From the NCBI GenBank assembly GCA_051294375.1, contig CM119267.1, positions 8,594,843 through 8,658,842 of the forward strand: 64,000 bases of DNA. The letters are read 5' to 3'. The notes under the pieces were generated by a model, which had not been told where the DNA came from, made no database searches, and saw nothing but the letters and a program-made list of their open reading frames with translations. The position numbers and the translations under genes were made by a program. This DNA comes from Paraspadella gotoi. Taxonomy: Eukaryota; Animalia; Chaetognatha. The number at the start of each line of letters is the position of its first letter. The first letter of the stretch is position 1. Below are positions 1 through 11,450 of this stretch, one piece after another.

Positions 1-346
1 CTCTCTCTCTTCTGTTCCGGGCCGCACTTTCCGAAACAAAAGAAAACGACGAGTCTCTCGAGACAGTTGATTTTTTTCACGACTCGGCTCAAGATTCTCC
101 TTAGGCATCGCCCCTCCCTCCCCCACTTTTCAGTATACCCCCTTGCTAACATCAAGAAAAAGAATCAACACGTCCTTTATTCTAATACGCACTTCCAAAG
201 TGTGAAGTCGTGAGTCAAAACATCACCCGAATAAAACAAGGCTTCACAGAAGTTCCGACTTAATAAGCTAAATGAATGCTACTTTTTATGAATCCAAAAA
301 TGGAAGCGGAAACGGACTTGAAAGAATAATGGTCACCGGGGCCAGG

Positions 347-378
<32 letters not shown>

Positions 379-2594
379 CAGAGAGAGAGAAAGAGAGAAG
401 AGAGAGAGAGAAGAAGAGAAGAGGAGAGAGCTGTTTTTATGCGCCGCAATTTGGCTCGAGCTCGAATACATCATAGAAGGAAGAGTAAAATCAACAGTGG
501 ATAGAGAAATGGAGAGTGGAGTCATAAACTCAAAACGCTGGCCGAGCGAAGTAAAGAGAGAAGGGTAAGTGACATGTAATGAGATGGCGGAAAAGGGAGT
601 TACCGAAGTTGAGTAACAAAAGAGTCCAGGAATAATATCGGAAAATTGAGTTTATGTCTTACAAAAAAGAGGTGGATTGTGAATGTTCAAATACCAAAAT
701 AAATTAGTAACCATCTAAAAATAAGACCAATTCGTTAGAAAACGTTTAAACAATTCCAACACACGCACAATAACTTTTTTTATCATACTGAAATAAAAGT
801 CTAAAGCGATGGTTATGCCCATTTGGATAAATATCATCCATTTTAGTGAGACTAAAATGTTTATGTCGCTCTTGTTTCATCGGTCGTTCGTGAAGCACAT
901 TTCTCCTCTTCTCAATTATCTTTATCTCTCTTTCCCATTTTTAAAAACACGGGACAGACGACGGACGTCTTGGGACGTATTCCACGTCAGATATACGCCG
1001 AGTCTTCTTTGTCGATTCTTTCATTTTTTCTTCTCGACGGAATCATTGTTAAAAAAGACACTTCATTATATTATCTTTATACACACAAATGAAAACAGCT
1101 GGTCCTCTTAGATTGCCTCATAGAATTAGAGAACAAACAGCATCCGGAAACGGAAACAAAAATACAATTTATCTGCCCCACTCCTGCCTCAAAATTCACA
1201 AACCAGTAAATTTCTATAAAAGTCAAACAAGAATTCTATATTATGTGGTTGTTTATAAAAAAAAAAAGGAAAACTTCTCGAACAGACAAACGTTTCAAAA
1301 CATTTGAGAATCCGGTAATCGCCAGAAAAAAGTTAAATCGTCAAAAAAACCATTTTTTCTTCGCATGACACCGTCTTCCCGGTTGTGGAGAGAGTGATGA
1401 AAAAAAAACACGTGTGACGGGGTCGGGCGAAGCGAGATTTGGGGGAAAAGGGGAGCGAGGAAAAGGGGGGAACAAAATACGAGATGATGAATGGACCTGA
1501 GGAGGAAAGGAGGAACAAAGAATCAAAAGGAAAATAACGAAGATTGAAGTGTTTGGTGAAATGAAGGAGAAAAGGGATAAAAGGAAGTGGCAAGAAGGGA
1601 GGAACAGGAGAAAAAAAAAAGAAGGAAGAAGGAAGGGAAGCAAGAAGGAAGGTGTGAAGGAAGGAAGGAAGAATGAGGAAAGAAGAGAAGGAAGAAAAGA
1701 AAGAAATTAGAAGATGCAAGGAAGAAAGAAGAGAAAGGAAAGTAGGAATGAAGGAAGGAGAAGGCGAAGGAGATAGGAGAAAGGAAGAGAGAAGGAAAGA
1801 AAGGAAAGTAAAGATAAGGGAAGGAAGGGAGAAGGCAAGGAAGGAATAAAGAAGGAAGAAGAAAGAAGGCAAGCGAAGGAAGGAAGGAAGAAAAGGAAGG
1901 AAGGAAGGAAGTGGGAAGGAAGGAAGGAAGAAGAAGAAAGAAAGAAGAGAAAGAAAGTAGGAAGATAAGAATAAAGAAAGAGAAAGAAAGTAGGAAGGAA
2001 GGAAGGAAGGAAGCGAAGGAAGAAGAGAAAGTAAAAGTAGGAAGATGAAGAGGAAGAAGAAGATAAGGAGAGAAGGAAGAAGGAAGAAGGAAGAAGGAAG
2101 GAAGGAAGAGAAGAAGAAGGAAGAAAGAGATAGGAAAGGTAGAAGAAAGGAAGGAAAGAAGAAGGAAAAAAAAAGATATTTGGGGAATAACGAAGAAGAA
2201 AGAACTGACTCACACAAGGAAAAAATCTTTTTGAGCGATCGAACTACAAAATTCTCGTTCAAAATATGGCGGGGGGGGAAGGGGATGGATTTAAGCAGTC
2301 GCATATAAGAAAATTTTTGGATTTTGAATATGCCAATCGGGACTGAAAATTAGAATGACCGAGGATAATGTTGGGTAGAGAAGATGGAGTATAGGAAGTA
2401 AAGAAGCGACGTAAGCGAAAAAAAGGAATGTTTTGTTGCGAAGAAATATGAAAAAAGGATAGAAATTGAAAAGGATAAAAGAGAGAGAGATGAGGGGTAA
2501 AACTCATTTATTACTCGTGGGAAACGGAATTCGTTCCGTGAGGCTCCAACACTTCTTTTAACGAGATAGAGAGAGAGAGCAAGAGAGAAGAGAG

Positions 2595-2657
<63 letters not shown>

Positions 2658-3548
2658 ACAGAGCTTTCTTTCATATCTCATCGCAATTGTTGAAGCGTCT
2701 GAAACCAGGATTTTATGTTCGCCTTTTTTATCTCTTATGCTCCGTTTCACTCGGCTTCCAAAGGCGAATATCTGTTTGCCTAGCTCTCACATTTGCGATA
2801 CTCGCTTCTCACAACCCATCACTAAAACTCTAAGCTTCCTGAATCACAAGCTCTCTATCCACACCCGTGGACCACTCACGGGGCACACGTCGTCCGAGCC
2901 GAATCCTCCTTCCGTCCAGACATAAAATTTTTTACAAATGCCGTCGGCGTGAGGTGGCGCGCGGCGGCGCGAGGCGCGACGGCGCGAGGCGGGGCGACGG
3001 CTGGCGGCGGCGGATAAAGGATTCCTCTACCAGAAACGTCCTAATCGTTAACACCAGGGAATATAAGAAACACAGTGTAACTTTTTCTTCCTCATTTTCC
3101 CTCGTCTTCTCTCCACATTTTTATAGTCTTTTCTCCTCTCCTCGGCCTCGTCGTTTCTCTCTCGTTTTCTCTATCTTCCTCTCTCTCTCCCTCTATTCCA
3201 TCTCTCTCGTCTCTCTCTCCTTTTTCTCAATCTCCCTTCGCTCCCCCTTCTACTCTAGCTCTCCTTTTTCCATCTCCTAAAAACGTCTTAAATTTCCTTC
3301 TCTGCGGCTTTTTTGCAATATCTCTCCTCTCCCTCTCTCTTCTCTTTCTCCCCTCTCTCTCTCCAGTCTCTCTTTCTCTCAGGTCTCCTCCTCTCATCTC
3401 TACCTCGCCTTCTGTCGTCTCTCATCCTTTGAGCTAAGACATATTTTTCACATTTTCCACTACAATTTTTTTTTTTTATTTTCATATTTTCTTTCTTTTA
3501 ATTTCGTCCCTCCGTTATTCCAAAACGGCGACGTTCAAGGGATTTCGC
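1..3548 (+). repeat. Block A copy 1 (deletion-rich direct copy of about 13330-16860)
   Basis: Collinear from gggccgcactttc..gaaacaaaagaaaacgacg (about 20 vs 13345) to cgacgttcaagggatt (3530 vs 16842). Ends at a 25-N gap. Confidence 0.9.
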
Positions 3549-3573
3549 NNNNNNNNNNNNNNNNNNNNNNNNN

Positions 3574-3655
3574 GCGCCGCGCGCGCCGCGCGCGCGCGGC
3601 CGCGCGCGCCCGCGCCGCGCCGCCGCGCGCGGCCGCGCCGGCCCGCCCGCGCGCG
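3574..3655. repeat. 82-bp tract containing only G and C, next to a gap
   Basis: gcgccgcgcgcgccgcg..., directly after the 25-N gap at 3549-3573. Confidence 0.85.
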
Positions 3656-3851
3656 AGCAGACACCAGATACCCCATGTTAATTTTTTTTGGCTTTTTTTT
3701 CCTTCGACTGACGATGGATCAAAACGGTGTCGATAGTGCGAATATGATATACTGATCTATAGGCTATGCCAGATTTAGTATACTATACCTACTGAGGAAG
3801 ACGAGAGAGAGAGAGAGAGGGAGAGGAGAGAGAAGAGAGAGAGAAGGAGAG

Positions 3852-3900
<49 letters not shown>

Positions 3901-4049
3901 AAGAAGAGAGAGAGAGAGAGAGATGAGAGAGAAAGAGAGAGAGAGAGAGTTGGAGAAAATTGCTCTTTCTTCTTCCGTGAAAATATGAATCGCCGAGAAA
4001 AAGAGGATTTTTTTGGCTGAAATCCATGCGACGGCGGAAAATCGGAGAG

Positions 4050-4100
<51 letters not shown>

Positions 4101-4394
4101 AGAGTAGAATGAGAGAGAAGAGAAGAGCGAGTCGACGCGCCCCGGAGACAGGGATTGATGCAGAAATAGAGAGGAGTGTTCGAAGTATTCGATAGCAAAG
4201 GACTCAGACGGTTGGAAAAGGAGGAGACCAAATGTGTTTTGAGTAACGAAAAAAACGTTTTCTTCCTTCCGTTACACAGTTTCGTTTTCTTGAGTCAATT
4301 ACTACCTCTCGATCTTCAACGTTTTTCCCGGTGATTCTTCACTCATTTTCGCTAGTAAGGTTAATCTTTCTCCCTTGTCAGTTTGTCTGTCTGT

Positions 4395-4395
4395 T

Positions 4396-4490
<95 letters not shown>

Positions 4491-4503
4491 ATCTATCTAT
4501 CTA
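4395..4503 (+). repeat. (CTTT)n(CTAT)n tetranucleotide microsatellite
   Basis: Direct reading. Confidence 0.95.
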
Positions 4504-4966
4504 AAAATCCGCTTATTCTCTCCTTTCTCTTTCACCTCTTTTACACTCCTCCAGCCCTGTTGTTACATTGCCCGGTCGTTTCTTGTCTGGACTTGCCTGG
4601 ACCTGTCCACTGAGCAGTGTCCAGTTTGGACTTATCTGGACTGGTTTGGCTCCATCTAAACCTGGTCTGGCGAAGCCTTTAATCTAGTCTGCTCGGCTCT
4701 GTTCAGGTTTTCTTTGGTTCTCGTTCGGTTTCTTCTCTACTCTTACTGTTCCTTTGCCTTCCTCCTTTTTTATCTCACTTTAAAACTGTTCACCTCCTTT
4801 TTTTCCCCTTTTCAGCCTCAATTTCTTTCCCGGTTACTTAAAGTAGGACGCTCACGTGTTTAGCGTCTGAAGAAGCTTAGCGCTTCGAGTCGCAAAGGAA
4901 ATAACATTGGATGAAAAAAAAAAGAAAGAAACAAAATACAACGTAAACGAATGGAAATGGGAGAGT

Positions 4967-4977
4967 AGAGAGAGAGA

Positions 4978-5063
<86 letters not shown>
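4967..5063 (+). repeat. (GA)n microsatellite; many others, e.g. 34645-34731 and 57583-57710
   Basis: Direct reading. Confidence 0.95.
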
Positions 5064-5064
<1 letters not shown>

Positions 5065-5181
5065 GTAAAAAAGAGAAAAGTCTTATAAGGCTAAGATTGA
5101 AAAGATGTTTGGGATAATCCAGCTAAGTGGCTTTTTTACCGCTTGACCACAAACGCATCGGTTTTTCCTTGCTTCAGTTGA

Positions 5182-5236
<55 letters not shown>

Positions 5237-5800
5237 AGAGAGAGAGAGAGAGAGAGAACGACGAGAGAGAGAGAGAGGCCCCTTTTTTGTCAGGAGTCTC
5301 TCGACCCTCAACTCTCAAAGAACCGGAAATAGAACCTCGTTGTGGTTTAACGCGATGCGTCGCTGACGAGAACGGTTTACGTCGCAATCGACGTCGTGTC
5401 GGCTGAGTTAGTCTAAAGTTTAATATTTTATCAGAATCAAATTAAGTTTAATATAATTTAATATTTTATCAGAATCAAATTAAGTCTGTGCGATGTCCCA
5501 CGAAATCATTACCCTGTTAATGGCTATTATCATCCAAATTGTGCCGCTAATGCCCACGATCATTTATTTACTTCTTTAGCTTAGGCGAAGGCTAAAGATT
5601 AGAATTAATGTGATTTAAATTAATTAATTAATTAAAATAATTAATTCGTGACATTTTTTTCATTTTTAATTTATGACGATCACTCTAAATTATATATGTT
5701 GGCAATCATGTTGAAAAAGAAGTTGAAAATGTTGCTACTTTTTTTAAGTTTTCTCCGCGAGAAGAGGTTCAACAAAAACGATACTTATTATTTACAATAT

Positions 5801-5808
5801 TGACGTCA
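5801..5808. promoter_or_regulatory. Consensus CRE palindrome TGACGTCA upstream of the GST gene
   Basis: Exact 8-bp CREB/ATF consensus about 370 nt upstream of the ATG. Motif match only. Confidence 0.25.
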
Positions 5809-6068
5809 TTCCACATCTTTCGATCTAAGAAGATACAAAAACTACCATTGGCTTCTTCTTTTACAGTCATCTTCTAATATGTAGTTTACTCGAGATTTAA
5901 TTCCGACTCGTGACATCATTCTCGCAAATTTCCTTAACTATAATCAAATCGAATATGAATCGTTGTAAAGGTAAACACGTCTAACTCAGTCCCTTTCTTC
6001 TCTCCTCTACGCAGTTCGTATCTTTGAACGATTTCGTTTTTGGCTAAATAAAACACAGGCGAGATTCG

Positions 6069-6148
6069 GTAAGTTAAGTCTAAGTAAAGTCATTAAATCA
6101 TTTTAATTATTACCTAACGATTTAATAATAAAACTGTTTAATTTTAAG
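6069..6148 (+). other. Probable 5'-UTR intron of the GST gene; a second possible 44-nt intron lies at 5971-6014
   Basis: Consensus donor G|GTAAGT at 6069, AT-rich body, acceptor TTTTAAG ending at 6148, 28 nt before the ATG. Upstream there is AAG|GTAAAC at 5971 and a long pyrimidine tract plus GCAG ending at 6014. Confidence 0.55.
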
Positions 6149-6176
6149 CAACTTTACGACAAGGGAAAAGAGGAAC

Positions 6177-7467
6177 ATGCCGAAGTACAAACTTCACTAC
6201 TTTGACATGAAGGGAAAGGGCGAGCTGATTCGCCTGCTGTTCGCTTACGCCGGGGAAGAGTACGAGGACGTACGATATTCGCCGGATGAGCGGTGAGCCA
6301 TTTTTTTTCAAATTCGTAGAGAAGTGTGGGTAAGCGCTGAGCTGCACTAAAGTAGCCTTTAAAACGGCCTTTTAAACATTCCATACGCCCGATACAGCCC
6401 GGGAGTCCAACGGTGGGACGAAAAAGCCAAGGCGGAGATGCCGCTGGGACAGATGCCGGTGCTGGAGATCGACGGCGAAAAGTATTGCCAGCAATCGTCG
6501 GTCGCGCGACACTTGGCTAAGAAGTTCGACCTGATGGGACAGAACGAGAAAGAGGTGACGAAAGAGGGGGGGGGGAACATGTCGTTTTTAAAAAAAATGT
6601 TTAATCGTTAACTCGTCCAGGAACTGAAAGTGGACATGGTGCAAGAAGCCATGTGGTTGGATCTGGCGTCAAAAGCGATTCAAATGAAATACGAGGCGGA
6701 TGAAGGAAGGAAGGCCGAGATGAAACAAAAATTGATCAACGTAAGTGTTAGGGAGGAAGGGAAGAAATTCTGAAATTACTTTTGAGAAATATGGAGAAGT
6801 TTTTTAATAGCTGACTAGTGTCAACGGTCATAAGGGCAATTGCAATTAATGTCAATTGCCAAACGTAGCGAAATCATTCAATTCAGTCTTTTTTTTTGGG
6901 GGGGTCAATTTCAATTTTTTTTATAATTAGGATTTGCCCCAATTGATGGAGAAAATTGAGAATTGGATCGAAGGGGATTACGTCCTCAGTTCGGGGATTT
7001 CTTTGGCGGATTTGGTCATCTTTGACTTGTCGTAAGCGCTGCGCCCAACGAGACAAATAAAAATATCATTTATGAAATTGGTACAACCAATATAAAAATT
7101 ATCCATTCATTTAATAAATAAGCTATCTTGTCTCTGAATTTGGACAGGCTTTAGTGGTTTAGGGCCTCCATCACACTTACAAGATAATAACATAGCAGGT
7201 TTCTACAAGCTTTCAATCATGACTCTCTCACAGTCTCGTTTATTCACTCCCAGTGAACCTGGCTTCCCTATCAATGAAGTGGTATAATATTTCTTTCTTT
7301 TTTTCAATATATCATTATTTAACCATTTGCCGGTAATCTTCGTCAGGAACTTGATGGCAACTTTTTTGCCCGACATCGAGTATCCGCCAAAACTCAAAAA
7401 GGTCCGCGACAACGTGATGGCCAATGAGAGGATCAAGGCTTGGATGGAGTCTTCGGAACAGAGTTGA
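6177..7467 (+). CDS. GST: Sigma-class glutathione S-transferase (HPGDS/GST-sigma family), 5 coding exons: 6177-6292, 6398-6554, 6621-6740, 6931-7031, 7347-7467; 204 aa
   Basis: Manual splicing with four GT..AG introns gives 615 nt with consistent phases and no frameshift: MPKYKLHYFDMKGKGELIRLLFAYAGEEYEDVRYSPDERPGVQRWDEKAKAEMPLGQMPVLEIDGEKYCQQSSVARHLAKKFDLMGQNEKEELKVDMVQEAMWLDLASKAIQMKYEADEGRKAEMKQKLINDLPQLMEKIENWIEGDYVLSSGISLADLVIFDLSNLMATFLPDIEYPPKLKKVRDNVMANERIKAWMESSEQS*. Catalytic Tyr8, GQMP(cis-Pro)VLEIDG and the SLAD N-capping box are GST hallmarks. The ORF track misses it because it is spliced. Confidence 0.95.
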
Positions 7468-7706
7468 TCGTGAGAAGAGCTTATGATCGAAATGATACAA
7501 TTCTCAGAAAAAAAACAAGACCTGAATATTTGATTGGAACAACCTTGGTGAGCCTAATATTTTAGAATATCTAAATCCTTTTTTAGTGAGGGAGACGTTC
7601 AATCGTATTGCATTAATTCAAGCCCATTCTTACCAAGGTTGTTCTAATTTTTTTTTTAGACCTTTTAATTTAAAAATTTGTTCGCTGCTATGTCTTTTGA
7701 ATTAAA

Positions 7707-7712
7707 AATAAA
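7707..7712 (+). terminator. Candidate polyadenylation signal of the GST gene
   Basis: AATAAA 240 nt after the stop codon, followed by GT/T-rich sequence (gtgttgccttttt). Confidence 0.5.
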
Positions 7713-8420
7713 AAGTGTTGCCTTTTTAAACTTTTTAGCAGATTTTAATTGATTATTAGAAGTTAATTATTATATTAGCATCATAAAAACCGTTTGTCTT
7801 TATAAATTTTGTGTAGATATCTTTTATTAAAAATGTCATATACTTTTTTCCTAGATAGTAGTTCGGATCAGAACGTGTTGTTTTCACGCGCTTTGATTCT
7901 TGGCAAAATGGAAATTGAATTGTCAACGGCGCACACATGACTCTCTTGCCTGTCGCAATGTAAAACAAAGATGTCACAATTAAAATCCCCCTCAAGATTC
8001 TGTTTTAAGTAATAAAGTAATATCGCGTTTTTTAGCAATGCTTCGTTACCAACGTAAACTGAAATCATAATTATAATATATATGTAGAAAATAATAACAT
8101 CGATAATGGCGCCAATATGGACGACGCTCAAAAATGGGGGGAACGCCCTCTAGCCCTCGCTCAGGGCCCCGCCTCATCATTCGAGAGGCCCTCAGATGAC
8201 ATTTAGGCGGGGATTAACCAAGCCTCAATGGTTCGTCACCATGGCGACCGTCGTTTAGCTGCGAAATAGAGACGAAGACAACGACGACGCCGACTTTAGA
8301 CGTCCGCAAGTGACGCGATTAGGGACTAAAATAGACCGCATCGCAAATTCTTTGTCCCCCCCCTTCATCGCGGTCGGGCTGGCTTCCCCCCAATTCGTAC
8401 GAAATTGAAAAGGGAGAGGA

Positions 8421-8495
<75 letters not shown>

Positions 8496-10166
8496 AGAGG
8501 CGAGAGAGAGAGAGAGTCGATTCTAACCTCGTCATTGACTCCACAAACTCACGAGCGCGGATTCTGCCGCCAATCGATCCCCAGCGACATCAAGAGTCGA
8601 ACCCGAGCGGGGACCCGGGAGAGGAAAGGGAGGTCGGCCGCGAGAAAAGATAGATTGGGAGAAGGAAATTGGAATCGGGATAGGGACTTGTAAACTTTGG
8701 AGCATTGTTATCAAGTGTTTTAAAACTAAACTACATGGTTTATTTTACTTATATCGTATATTCAAAGTATAATCTAATTTTAGAGATTTCCTCAGCGAGG
8801 CACTCGCCGCTTCCACCACGATGTAAGCCCAGCAGCTGCTTTAATTACTAGATACGTGTAGAATTATAATTTATATTTACATTTCTCTTGTAATGAGGTT
8901 CACTAATTTTTTTTTTCACCTTTTTTTTTCACTCCTTTCTCAGACCTTTTTTCATATTCCCCCCTTTACTTCTCCTCTCACATTTACATAGTACAAGCTT
9001 CTCTCTTATTTTTTTCCTGGACGTATCCCAATTTTTTTTTTCTCTCTTTTCTTTCTTTCCCTTTCCTTTCTTTCCTCTTCCTTTTTTTCCTTTTCCTTTC
9101 GACCGAGACAAAAAAAAAAGGTCAGCGTCGTTCACGCAGAGAAAGAAAAAAACCTTCAAAGCGAAATGACAGATGGACGCCGTTGGACGGAATAAACGTC
9201 TCCCAGTTAAAAGGAATTCTCTTCGCTGGTCGCAATCCGGGATGCGACTCCGTTGCGAAACAACCTCGCCGTCCGCCCATTGGTTGTTTTTATTATTTTC
9301 CGTAGGAATCCATAACGAGGCGACGTTTATTGAACGAGGAAGTAATTGTCCTCTCTCGCATCCTTGAAGCCTCGCACGAACTTGGGGGGACCTCTTGTCG
9401 TTTGTCAAAACTTTCTTCGTTCACCGTAGAGACCTTTTTAAATGTCCGGTTAAGGATCCAGAACGAGCTCTCGAGTTCCCTTGTCAATCACTCCTCTATT
9501 AGTTGCTAATCGCTGACAGTTATACTTATTGAAATGTTAACATTCGTTCTCCTTTAGATTTTTAATCGATCGTTATAATTATCTAATAATTTAATGAAAA
9601 ATTAATAAAAGTTTAGAAATATTTTTAAAGATCATTTCACTCCTACTACCCCCTTGAGTCAGACGCCCTTCCATTACTGACTGACCTCAGCGACTATTCC
9701 ATTTTTTTAGGTCGGACGCCCCTCGTTATTGTCGTTTGTAGCACAACCCTTCCGAGAGCCGCCTTAATGATGAAAGAATACTCTCTCTCTCTCTCTCTCC
9801 TCTCTCCTCTCGCTCTCTTTTTCTCTTTTTTTCTCTCTTTTCTTCTTTTCTTTTTTCTTCTTTTTTTTCTTTTTTTTTTCCTCCCCTCTCCTCTCTCCTT
9901 CTCTCCTCTCCTCAACAAAAGGGGTTAACGCGGCAAAGCATGCCTCCTCTCCACGACGGGTCCCGATCGAGGATGACCTGGCTCCGAGTTGAAAACCTCA
10001 CCTCCTCTTCTCTATAAACAAGCACTTACCCTCGTCCACATCTCGCCATTTTAGAATTCCATGCCCGAGCCCCTCTTCGATCCTCCCTCGTCCCTGCCTT
10101 TCCTCCGCACCCTTACTCGCTTCCTTCCCCGCCCTATCCCTCAATCCCAGTCCTACTACCCACTAA

Positions 10167-10768
10167 AGGACGTAGTGAAGTTACATACGAAAATTCTAAA
10201 ATGTCAATTAATGAACAACATACCATCATGAATATTAATATGTTAAAAAATTATTTTAATGTGTTTAATTTTCGCAGTAGCTAGTTTTATATATTAGTAC
10301 TTATCGCTTATAAAGCGAAAAATTTCAAAATATCGCTTTCTTAATTTTGATTGCAGATTTGAATTCCTCGTCAAAAGTGATAAAAGAAAATATAAATCAT
10401 TTTAAAAATTCTTTCATTAAGTGGCTTAAAAATTATAAAAAACTACATTTAATATATAAAAAAGTTAATTTCAGCTTAAAATATAGCTTTTTTTAATTTT
10501 TGCACCACTTAATAAGGGATTTTTTCAAAAGAGTTATATTTCTTTTATACAACTTTTTATGACGAATCCAAATCTGCAAAAAAATTTATAAAAAAAACTG
10601 TTTTGAAATTTAATAATATTATCGGATTAGTACTAGTATAAATATGGACCTACTTGCGTAAATTGTAAAATTTATTATAAATTTTTTATTACATAAATGT
10701 TTAATAGATACTGTTCATTCTCACTTTGAATTTTAATTAAAGTTAAATTTAGAAAATTTACTATGCCT
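10167..10768. mobile_element. AT-rich fold-back MITE, arms about 260 bp and spacer about 80 bp, (T)TAA|AGG termini (Kolobok/T2-MITE-like)
   Basis: The reverse complement of 10167-10425 aligns with 10505-10768 (ccacttaat..tatattt(t)cttttat..aat(t/c)caaatctgcaa..ttttgaaattt..agtacta..ctact(t)gcg..acta(c/t)g(t)cct). Left end is cTAA-AGGACGTAGT and a related copy starts TTAA-AGGCGTAGT at 30787. Confidence 0.65.
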
Positions 10769-10999
10769 ACACGCACCCCCGCCCCACCAAAAGGTTCGAA
10801 GTCCCTACGAGAATCGATTCTCTGCCTCAGGAATCGAGGAAAAACGAAGACTCGTAAAAATGGCGCCAAAAGCGTCGACCCCGTGGACGACAGTAACGAC
10901 GACGACGACGACGACGACAGTGACGACCACCGTAATGACGTCCGCGACGACGACAGCGATGATGACGCCAGGGTCTTCGTCATTGTCAGCGTTGATTAT

Positions 11000-11238
11000 T
11001 TAAAAAAAGAGTTATATTTCTTCATATAACAACTTTTCATGACGAATCCAAATCTGCAACAAAAAAAATCTTACAAAAAACTATTTTGAAATTTTATTAC
11101 CAGTATAAATATGGCCTACTGCGTAAATTTTAAAATTTATTATAAAATTTTTTTATACATACATTTTCATTCGTATAATGTAGTTCGTTCCTCACTTTTA
11201 GAATTTTAATTAAAGTTAAATTTAGAATTTTTACTACG
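11000..11238 (+). mobile_element. Single-arm fragment of the same MITE family
   Basis: Direct similarity to 10525-10765 (aagagttatatttctt..gacgaatccaaatctgcaa..gaattttaattaaagttaaatttagaa..tacta). Also present in the inverted copy at about 25270-25540. Confidence 0.75.
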
Positions 11239-11392
11239 ATTTAGCGTTGAGCCCTCGAGGCAACAGTGACGCCGGATGACGAAGATGAAGAACACTTTAA
11301 CGACGATCACCGCGCCTCCCTTTGATTACAGCGTCGACGACAGCTGTGACGACGGTGACCACAACAGCGACGACTACGGTAACGACGACTGC

Positions 11393-11450
11393 GTCTACCC
11401 GTCTACCCGACTACCCGACTACCCGTCTATCGACTACCCGTCCACCCCGA
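11393..11450 (+). repeat. 8-bp minisatellite (CTACCCG[A/T])n, about 7 units
   Basis: tctacccgtctacccgactacccgactacccgtc. About 20 units in the inverted copy at 24935-25108. Confidence 0.85.

Noticed and set aside
272-568. RE-repeat and SL-repeat ORFs throughout the window
   Set aside because: These are translations of (GA)n/(CT)n microsatellites.
1333-2304. Long ORFs (323 aa here; also 20354-21489 and 28806-29523) rich in F/L/S/P
   Set aside because: These are translations of the (CTTC/GAAG)n tract, which lacks stop codons by composition, and the frames are not conserved between copies.
3574-3655. GC-only tract as a Z-DNA or CpG regulatory element
   Set aside because: It abuts a gap at a contig end, so the sequence is unreliable.
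5419-5485. 29-bp direct repeat upstream of the GST gene
   Set aside because: An ordinary local tandem duplication in AT-rich DNA with no identifiable motif.
11393-11450. CRISPR-like or other repeat-spacer array
   Set aside because: It is a plain tandem minisatellite with no spacers, in a eukaryotic context with no cas genes.
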